Shown in pieces: positions 1 through 5,211 of a stretch of 5,211 nt of DNA. The position numbers and the translations under genes were made by a program. The notes beneath the pieces are model-generated. The model had not been told where the DNA came from, ran no database searches, and worked only from the letters and a program-made list of their open reading frames with translations. Within the stretch, counting starts at the first letter, position 1. Every line of letters starts with the position of its first letter. Source of the stretch: a virus (Duplodnaviria > Heunggongvirae > Uroviricota > Caudoviricetes). The stretch lies in IMG/VR virus record IMGVR_UViG_2802429246_000008. One strand, written 5' to 3'.

Positions 1-4
1 GTAC

Positions 5-583
5 ATGATAAAATTTCTTGAATTGATATCAATGATTTATATCATTTCAACACTCATGTATTATGTTTTCAGGAAATTAAATCATGCTAATCATATGGCA
101 ATTCATGATCCACTAACGAATACATACAATAGAAGATACTTTATTGACTCATTGAAGAATATATCAAAACACCATGATTTCTCAGTAATAATGTTAGATA
201 TTGACAATTTCAAAAGCATCAATGACAAATGGGGGCATCATATGGGTGATCAAGTCATAGTAATGGTTACCAGAATAATAAAAAAATCCATCAGGAAAGA
301 GGATATATTAGGGCGCTTAGGCGGTGAGGAGTTCGGTATTATCATTAAAGGTAATACTCAAAAGCTCTTGCTATCAATTGCAGAGCGAATCAGAAAAAAC
401 ATTGAAGAGCAATGCTCGGAAAAATTATTATCGCATGGACCTGAGAAAATAACTGTCAGTATTGGTTGTTTTACTTCAAAAGAGAATAATCTCAGTCCAT
501 CTGAAATGTTAGTCAATGCCGATAAAGCGTTATATCAAGCCAAAAGAACCGGAAAAAACAAGGTGATAATTCACTCAAAATAA
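5..583 (+). CDS. GGDEF-domain diguanylate cyclase, predicted catalytically active; possibly 5'-partial because the frame is open to the window edge
   Basis: Translation carries the GGDEF-family motifs in order: DPLTNTYNRRYF, LDIDNFKSINDKWGHHMGDQV (metal/GTP-binding Asp and Asn, with Asp at the base-specifying GD position), an RKED match to the RxxD I-site a few residues before RLGGEEFGIII (canonical GGEEF), and C-terminal ADKALYQAKRTGKNKV. One N-terminal hydrophobic stretch (LELISMIYIISTLMYYVF) looks like a TM helix. The codon at 2-4 (tac) is in frame with no stop upstream, so ATG at 5 may not be the true start. Sampled 60-nt lines are about 23-30% G+C, far lower than the adjacent phage genes. 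Confidence 0.85.
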   Translation: MIKFLELISMIYIISTLMYYVFRKLNHANHMAIHDPLTNTYNRRYFIDSLKNISKHHDFSVIMLDIDNFKSINDKWGHHMGDQVIVMVTRIIKKSIRKEDILGRLGGEEFGIIIKGNTQKLLLSIAERIRKNIEEQCSEKLLSHGPEKITVSIGCFTSKENNLSPSEMLVNADKALYQAKRTGKNKVIIHSK

Positions 584-611
584 ACACCTTTTTAAAATAC
601 AGCCCCAATAA

Positions 612-646
612 ACTGCAGAATATTATCCCATATAATATCCTGCAGT
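612..646. terminator. Inverted repeat (15-bp stem, 1 mismatch, 5-nt loop) between convergent genes; candidate bidirectional terminator
   Basis: 612-626 actgcagaatattat pairs with 632-646 ataatatcctgcagt (single A/C mismatch at 619/639), loop cccat. It lies 29 nt after the GGDEF stop (581-583) and 11 nt after the tfa stop (657-659, minus strand). No strong U-tract on either side, so terminator function is uncertain. Confidence 0.4.
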
Positions 647-656
647 TCGTAATGCA

Positions 657-1241
657 CTATTCGATAATGGGTACTGTTGGCCATTCAATATCCGGTGCAG
701 TTGATGTATCAACACGGTTCAGCAACACCCGATACTTTTTCCAGGCTTCCAGCAATGAGGTTTCTTCCTCCGTTGCGATTTCCAGATCTACAGCATCCTG
801 AAGTGGCGCAATATGCTCACTGGCTACCTGCATCAGGCTGTTTTTTGTTTCTTCCGCCTCTCGGATCCGGAACAGTTTTTCTGCTTCTGCATCTTTCACC
901 CAGGCTGTGCCGTTCCACTTCTGAAACTCCCCTTCCGGCGATAACCAGGTAACATTTTCCGGTAACGGACCGAGTTCAGAAATAAATAACGCGTCCCCTG
1001 ACGCTACGTCATAAACCGTTTTACCCCGATGGTCTTCAACGAGATGCCACGATGCCTTATCACTGTTGAAAACAGCCACAAAGCCAGCAGGAATATCTGG
1101 TGGTGCAATATCGGTACTGTTTGCTGGCAGACCTGTATGAGGCGGAATATATGCGTCACCTTCACCAATAAATTCATTAGTTCCGGCCAGCAGATTATAA
1201 ATTTTTATGGTCCGTGGTTGTTCACTCATTCTGAATGCCAT
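657..1241 (-). CDS. tfa: Tail fibre assembly protein (lambda Tfa-like chaperone)
   Basis: 194-aa product [51 protein letters not shown]... matches my recollection of phage lambda Tfa nearly along its whole length. ATG at 1239-1241 overlaps the stf stop (TAATG arrangement), with a GAGG Shine-Dalgarno about 8 nt upstream inside the stf 3' end. Position immediately downstream of stf matches lambda synteny. Confidence 0.9.
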   Translation of the reverse strand: MAFRMSEQPRTIKIYNLLAGTNEFIGEGDAYIPPHTGLPANSTDIAPPDIPAGFVAVFNSDKASWHLVEDHRGKTVYDVASGDALFISELGPLPENVTWLSPEGEFQKWNGTAWVKDAEAEKLFRIREAEETKNSLMQVASEHIAPLQDAVDLEIATEEETSLLEAWKKYRVLLNRVDTSTAPDIEWPTVPIIE

Positions 1242-4201
1242 TATGCAAGCCTCACAATATAGTTAAATGCGATGTTTTTGACGGTGTTTTCCGCGTTACC
1301 AGCAGCGTTAACGGTGATGGTGTGTCCATGTGAACCAATCGCAACGGAGTGCGTATGAGCACCAATACCGACAGTATGCGCGTGTGCACCTGCAGATGCT
1401 GCTGTGCCGGACAGTGAATGGCTATGATTACCATCTGTACTGGTATTCGCTAACCACCCCGTAGACATACCTACTGAGCCTTGTACACCCCAGGTATTTT
1501 GACCTGAGCTTGTATAACCATATTGATAAGTATCTTTAAAAACACTGGGGTTAAATCGACGGCCATCTCTATGGCTGTGATTACCAGCTGCATTCGTGCT
1601 GCCACTTAAACTATGGGTATGCGCACCAGTGTTATTCGTGGATTTAGTGCCGTAATCAAACGACGATGTGGTTTTCGTCCCCAAATCCGTACTGGATGCG
1701 CTGGCGCTGTGGGTATGCGATTTAATGCCGTCCTGTTCCTGAGACAATACGGCCCGACCACTGGCAGGTTTGCCCTTAATCGTCCAGCCACGCATATCAG
1801 GGATCACGCCTGACGGATAAGCGGCTGCAAGTTTCGGGTATGCAGATTTGTCAAAAGTCTGCCCCTGCATCAGGGCATAGCCAGACGGAACGGTATCTGA
1901 TGGCCACGGGATTGGTGCGCCAGGCGGATAAAACTGCTCTGATGGCGTATAGAGTGAATAAACTGTACCGTCCGTTAACCCTTCCGGCTTATTAGCAGAA
2001 TATGCTGGTGACGTATGAATCGTCACGCTGGCATTACTGGTATAATCCCATTGAATATTTACACCAGTCGCATAATTTCCGATTGCAACGTAAATATCGT
2101 AAGTATCACCAGATGTATTGACCCAGGCAAAATTTGTAAACCCTGTCGATGTGCGCTGCCATAAAGCACCAGTAATCCCCTTCGGATTACCATTACCTGC
2201 ACGTAAAACAAGTTCAGATATACCTGCCTGTTGAGGTGACCCCACGTTAAATCCAGCGCCACCAATCAACGTAATTGAAACAACAGAACTCGCCTGTGGC
2301 ATGGTTACCGTTGCTAATTTGAACCAACCAGCACCACCGCTGAATGACATTGTTGTTGAGTTAAGCGTACCAATATCTTTCGGCGTCAGTGTTATATCCG
2401 CTGAAAGCGCCTTACCATTCACCTTACGGGCAGAAGGTACCCGACCATTCGCATTGTCATTAGCTGCTTTCACTGCTTTCGGTGTCGCAGCAAGCGTTTC
2501 AGATGTGCTGTTGGTTGCACTACTGAGCTGGACAATTCCTTTTTGTGCTGTCGTAGCGTCCTGTGCGGTGTATTTCCCGTTAGCCAGGTCATACGCGGCC
2601 TTAACGGCTTTTGGCGTTGCCGCCTGTGACTCGGAAGTGCTGTTAGTCGCACTGCTGAGCTGAACTATCCCTTTCTGTGCTGTCGTTGCATCCTGTGCGG
2701 TGTATTTCCCGTTAGCCAGGTCATACGCGGCCTTAACGGCTTTTGGCGTTGCCGCCTGTGACTCGGAAGTGCTGTTGGTCGCACTGCTGAGCTGTACTAT
2801 CCCCTTTTTCGTCGTGCTCGCATCCTCAAGCGCCACGGCGGATGCAATATCCTCTGCCCGTTTTGCTGCTGTCTCGGCGCGCGTTGCCGCGGATTCCGCC
2901 GTACTTTTGCTCTGTGCTGCCGCTGCCGCACTGCCAGCAGCCTCTGTCGCCTTCGTGGATGCCGTCGTGGCGCTGCCCCTCGCTGCTGACGCCTGTCTGG
3001 TCGCCTCATCTTTTGAAGCAGACGCAGATGATGCCGATGACGCCGCCGAACTGGCGGACGATGCGGCAGCCGTTTTTGAGGATTCTGCGCTGGTTTCCGA
3101 CGCTTTCGCGTTCGTTTCGGATGTCTTCGCTGCGGAAGCAGACCTCGCTGCTGCGCTGGCCTGTTCAGTGGCTTCGCCAGCCTTCGTTGTGGCTGTTGAA
3201 GCAGACGATGCGGCACTTTCTGCCGACTTTCCGGCAGCGGTGGCACTGGCTGAGGCCTGCCCGGCACTTGTTGACGCGGCGCTGGCAGATGATGCAGCCG
3301 CTGTTTTTGAGCCTGCCGCAGCCGAGGCGCTCTGTCCCGCTGCCGTTTCAGAAGACCTGGCGTTCGTCTCGGACGTTTTTGCCGCCTTCGCGGAATTTCC
3401 TGCCGCCGTTGCCGAGGAAGCGGCACTACTGGCGCTTGATGATGCGTTCGTTTCTGATGATTTTGCCGCCTCTTTTGAAGCCGACGCATCCCGGGCTGAG
3501 GTGGCAGCTTCTGACGCCTTCGTGGTCGCGGCGGATGCAGAAGTAGCTGCTGATTGTTGTGACGCTGCCGCATTCGTTTCTGACGTTTTCGCCGCAGCGG
3601 CACTGGTAGCTGCCGCGCTTTTTGAGGACTCTGCAGCAGCAGCACTTTTCGATGCTTCACTGGCCTTTGTTGATGCCGTTCCTGCGCTGGAAGATGCTGA
3701 CTGAGCAGATGATGCAGCCTGTCCGGCTGACGTGCTGGCGGCACGAGCTGAGCCTGCAGCATCGGTTGCATGAGTTGCCGCCTCACTGGCAGATGTGCTG
3801 GCATCACTGGCTGACTTCTTCGCGGCTGCCATGTTCTGTGCCACTGCGGACGCGTTACGCGCCACCTCTTCCACCATCAGTTCAAAACGTCGCAGAGCCT
3901 CCGGACGGGCATCATCCTCCGTCATGGCACCGAGAAAATCATTCAGCGTACCGGGTCGGGAATCTTCATACACGGTGATGGTCCCGGCATGTGACGGCGG
4001 GAATCCTTCCACCAACAGAATAACGCTGTACTGACCGTACTCAACGTCCATGCTGTAACGCCCGGCTTCATCCGGATTTTCTGAGGCCAGCGTGTTCACC
4101 ACCACCGCTGTACTGTTACGTTTTGCTTTCAGCTGGATTGTGCAGTTCTGTACCGGTTTTCCTGTGCCGTCTTTCAGTACACCTGAAATCTTTACTGCCA
4201 T
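1241..4201 (-). CDS. stf: Side tail fibre protein (lambda Stf-like), intact 986-aa reading frame
   Basis: N-terminus [26 protein letters not shown]...[11 protein letters not shown]...[15 protein letters not shown]...LNDFL...MTEDDARPE matches recalled lambda Stf. Then a long Ala/Ser/Thr-rich region, 44-aa [15 protein letters not shown]... repeats, and a C-terminal region with multiple HxH motifs (HTHS, HSHS, HAHT, HTHS, HGHT) ending ...[25 protein letters not shown] place the start at ATG 4199-4201 (MAVKISG) with a GGGGTG Shine-Dalgarno (plus 4205-4210) 5 nt upstream; the ORF track's earlier start at 4207 is a GTG inside that SD. Stop TAA at 1241-1243. Confidence 0.9.
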   Translation of the reverse strand: MAVKISGVLKDGTGKPVQNCTIQLKAKRNSTAVVVNTLASENPDEAGRYSMDVEYGQYSVILLVEGFPPSHAGTITVYEDSRPGTLNDFLGAMTEDDARPEALRRFELMVEEVARNASAVAQNMAAAKKSASDASTSASEAATHATDAAGSARAASTSAGQAASSAQSASSSAGTASTKASEASKSAAAAESSKSAAATSAAAAKTSETNAAASQQSAATSASAATTKASEAATSARDASASKEAAKSSETNASSSASSAASSATAAGNSAKAAKTSETNARSSETAAGQSASAAAGSKTAAASSASAASTSAGQASASATAAGKSAESAASSASTATTKAGEATEQASAAARSASAAKTSETNAKASETSAESSKTAAASSASSAASSASSASASKDEATRQASAARGSATTASTKATEAAGSAAAAAQSKSTAESAATRAETAAKRAEDIASAVALEDASTTKKGIVQLSSATNSTSESQAATPKAVKAAYDLANGKYTAQDATTAQKGIVQLSSATNSTSESQAATPKAVKAAYDLANGKYTAQDATTAQKGIVQLSSATNSTSETLAATPKAVKAANDNANGRVPSARKVNGKALSADITLTPKDIGTLNSTTMSFSGGAGWFKLATVTMPQASSVVSITLIGGAGFNVGSPQQAGISELVLRAGNGNPKGITGALWQRTSTGFTNFAWVNTSGDTYDIYVAIGNYATGVNIQWDYTSNASVTIHTSPAYSANKPEGLTDGTVYSLYTPSEQFYPPGAPIPWPSDTVPSGYALMQGQTFDKSAYPKLAAAYPSGVIPDMRGWTIKGKPASGRAVLSQEQDGIKSHTHSASASSTDLGTKTTSSFDYGTKSTNNTGAHTHSLSGSTNAAGNHSHRDGRRFNPSVFKDTYQYGYTSSGQNTWGVQGSVGMSTGWLANTSTDGNHSHSLSGTAASAGAHAHTVGIGAHTHSVAIGSHGHTITVNAAGNAENTVKNIAFNYIVRLA
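2466..2807 (-). repeat. Intragenic tandem repeat in stf: two near-identical 132-bp units (2544-2675, 2676-2807) plus an upstream diverged partial copy (2466-2543)
   Basis: Direct alignment of 2544-2675 with 2676-2807 shows about 4-6 mismatches in 132 bp, including an 86-bp perfectly identical block (2559-2644 vs 2691-2776). Both encode the identical 44-aa unit [45 protein letters not shown] third copy keeps about 26 aa of protein identity ([27 protein letters not shown]) but is substantially diverged at DNA level. Confidence 0.9.
2808..3860 (-). repeat. GC-rich low-complexity tract encoding the Ala/Ser/Thr-rich shaft of Stf (degenerate short repeats such as AAKTSETNA / [10 protein letters not shown])
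   Basis: Translated minus-strand frame is dominated by A/S/T/E/K with recurring AKTSETNA-like units. The nucleotide sequence is GC-rich and biased, which explains the long stop-free ORFs in other frames on both strands. Boundaries are approximate. Confidence 0.7.
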
Positions 4202-4212
4202 ATTCACCCCAC

Positions 4213-4239
4213 AAAAAAGCCCGCCTGAACCGGCGGGCT
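4213..4239 (-). terminator. Rho-independent terminator downstream of lom (minus-strand orientation)
   Basis: On the minus strand: AGCCCGCC-GGTTCA-GGCGGGCT followed by TTTTTTG (plus-strand A-run 4213-4218). GC-rich 7-8 bp stem and 6-nt loop, 26 nt after the lom stop and about 12 nt before the stf ATG. Confidence 0.6.
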
Positions 4240-4265
4240 GTCATAACACTGTGTTACCTGGCTAA

Positions 4266-4865
4266 TCAGAACTTATAACCGACACCCACGATGAAACCGT
4301 CAGTGCGCCAGTCGCCACTGCCGGAGCCTTCATAAGCAATATCAATGGCCACGGATTCGGTCGGGTTAAACTGCACGCCAGCTCCCCACGCCAGAGACGT
4401 GTTGCTGTGGCGACCGTCATCACTTCCGGTCAGCACGTCGTGCGTTTTCCCCTTGTTGTCAGTTACGCGGAGATAATCCCCGGAGAAAGTCGACACACGG
4501 CTGTAAGCCATACCCGCCATCGCATACGCGCTGAACCATTCATTCACGCGCACAGACGGCCCCACCATCACGCTGAACCAGCGGTTACGCACGGAATCTT
4601 CATGCCAGCGGGTATCGCTGTAACGGGTAAGCTGGCGATTCTTGTCTCCTGCATAGCTGAATGACGTCACCAGCCCCAGTGTGTCCGTAAACTCATAACG
4701 GTATTTCACGTTAATCCCGTTAAGATCATCGCTGCCGGGAACGTTCGTCGAGGCATGAAGATACCCCGCGCTCAGCGTGGACTGATGTTCAGATGCCCAT
4801 GCAGGCGCACCGGATACGGCCAGACAAATGGCTGCGGACAAAATTGCTGCACAAACTTTACGCAT
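4266..4865 (-). CDS. lom: Lom outer-membrane protein (Ail/Lom/PagC/OmpX family beta-barrel)
   Basis: 199-aa product with a Sec-type signal peptide ([24 protein letters not shown]) and C-terminal ...[24 protein letters not shown], which matches the C-terminus of lambda Lom as I recall it; internal GINVKYRYE and [10 protein letters not shown] blocks also match. Terminal Phe is typical of outer-membrane beta-barrels. GAGAGG Shine-Dalgarno at plus 4871-4876, 5 nt upstream of ATG 4863-4865. Position between J and stf matches lambda synteny. Confidence 0.9.
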
Positions 4866-4889
4866 AATTACCTCTCGCTTTTCTGCAAT

Positions 4890-4913
4890 AAAAAAGGCGT
4901 CATTCCTGACGCC
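4890..4913 (-). terminator. Rho-independent terminator-like hairpin between the J-like gene and lom (minus-strand orientation)
   Basis: On the minus strand: GGCGTCA-GGAA-TGACGCC followed by TTTTTTATT (plus stem 4896-4902 / 4907-4913, loop ttcc, A-run 4890-4895). Lies 23 nt after the J-like stop. Only about 25 nt separate it from the lom Shine-Dalgarno. Confidence 0.55.
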
Positions 4914-4935
4914 CTTTATTGGGGTTATAAATATT

Positions 4936-5211
4936 TCAACGAATACTGATGCCGGAAGCAGCTTTTTTGGTCACAATCACCGTACAGTCGGTGATATTGC
5001 CTGCCCCCTGATTGCCTTTCTGGAAAATCTTAAACTCCAGAGTGACGCTACCACCACCACTAGGCATATCAATAACTGCACTGTAACTACCGGGAATGGC
5101 CCCTTTAGTTTCTCTGGATGCGATTAATACACCGTTTTTGCGAACTTCAAAACCATAACCCGTGTATCGCGTGCCTCCTGGGTTATTTCCGCTCCCCGGA
5201 TCGTCATACGC
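4936..5211 (-). CDS. J: C-terminal 91 codons of a tail tip / host-specificity protein (lambda J-like), 5' end outside the window
   Basis: Minus-strand frame is open from the window edge (5211) to TGA at 4936-4938, translating AYDDPGSGNNPGGTRYTGYGFEVRKNGVLIASRETKGAIPGSYSAVIDMPSGGGSVTLEFKIFQKGNQGAGNITDCTVIVTKKAASGISIR*. Assignment as J rests mainly on synteny (in lambda the order is J-lom-stf-tfa). I cannot verify the residue-level match to lambda J from memory. The ORF track omits it because there is no in-window Met start. Confidence 0.55.
   Translation of the reverse strand, partial: AYDDPGSGNNPGGTRYTGYGFEVRKNGVLIASRETKGAIPGSYSAVIDMPSGGGSVTLEFKIFQKGNQGAGNITDCTVIVTKKAASGISIR

Noticed and set aside
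584-656. Lambda attachment-site core or an invertible-segment crossover site (as in Mu/P1/e14 tail-fibre inversion systems)
   Set aside because: No match to the lambda att core seen by eye, no invertase (pin/gin/cin) gene in the window, and tfa is not flanked by the large inverted repeats expected of an invertible segment. The att question remains open, since an unrelated core sequence could not be recognised without comparison.
677-1262. Plus-strand ORFs 677..952 and 1029..1262 antisense to tfa
   Set aside because: Fully embedded antisense to a well-supported tfa gene; no RBS or recognisable motifs.
1252-1813. Small ORFs 1252..1434 (-), 1606..1791 (-), 1613..1813 (+), 2059..2265 (-)
   Set aside because: All overlap the stf coding frame in other frames or on the opposite strand; basic or His-rich junk translations typical of out-of-frame reads.
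2301-2663. Plus-strand ORF (120 aa) and minus-strand ORF 2470..2652 over the 132-bp tandem repeats
   Set aside because: Alternative-frame readings of the stf repeat region; the internal repetition of their translations simply mirrors the DNA repeat.
2466-2807. Possible CRISPR array suggested by regular direct repeats
   Set aside because: The repeats are 132 bp, contiguous with no spacers, in frame and coding within stf; this is a protein repeat, not a CRISPR array.
2700-3807. Long ORFs on other frames and strands across the stf shaft (2700..3704 +, 334 aa; 2797..3807 -, 336 aa; 2842..3546 +, 234 aa)
   Set aside because: They lie within or antisense to the GC-rich, low-complexity Ala/Ser-coding tract of stf, where stop codons are rare in every frame. 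Their translations are compositionally extreme (poly-Ala/Asp or Arg/Gln/Pro-rich) with no recognisable domain, whereas the stf frame has strong recalled homology to lambda Stf.
3622-4034. Plus-strand ORFs 3622..3978 and 3795..4034 antisense to the stf N-terminal domain
   Set aside because: Antisense to the most conserved part of stf; no support.
4205-4207. Alternative stf start at GTG 4207 (ORF track's MNMAVKISG)
   Set aside because: That GTG lies inside the GGGGTG Shine-Dalgarno that serves the ATG at 4199-4201, and the ATG start reproduces the lambda Stf N-terminus MAVKISG.
4407-5127. Plus-strand ORFs 4407..4664, 4755..4949 and 4828..5127
   Set aside because: Antisense to lom and to the J-like 3' end; 4755..4949 and 4828..5127 also span the lom-J intergenic terminator hairpin, so they are not plausible genes.
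1-5211. A novel multi-gene defence or signalling system
   Set aside because: Every minus-strand gene is accounted for by the conserved lambdoid J-lom-stf-tfa block, and the only non-phage-like gene is a single GGDEF cyclase with no visible partner (effector, EAL/HD-GYP domain or receptor) inside the window. Claiming a system would be unsupported; flanking sequence is needed.

Overview
This window is the distal end of a lambda-like (lambdoid) prophage late/tail region, all on the minus strand: the 3' end of a J-like host-specificity gene (partial, runs off the window), then lom (Ail/Lom outer-membrane protein), an intact stf (side tail fibre, 986 aa) and tfa (tail fibre assembly). Converging on this module from the plus strand is a strikingly AT-rich gene for a GGDEF-domain diguanylate cyclase with every catalytic and I-site motif present; its reading frame is open to the 5' window edge. 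Protein calls rest on recalled similarity to phage lambda Stf, Tfa and Lom and on GGDEF motif inspection; no database search was run. Intergenic hairpins consistent with intrinsic terminators flank lom, and a 15-bp-stem inverted repeat sits between the convergent tfa and GGDEF genes. Inside stf there are two near-identical 132-bp tandem repeats plus an older diverged copy, and a long GC-rich Ala/Ser/Thr low-complexity tract that produces several long spurious ORFs on other frames. I see no CRISPR array, tRNA/rRNA, transposase, integrase or recognisable defence system. The most plausible point of interest is the GGDEF gene as prophage-linked cargo, not a new multi-gene system.
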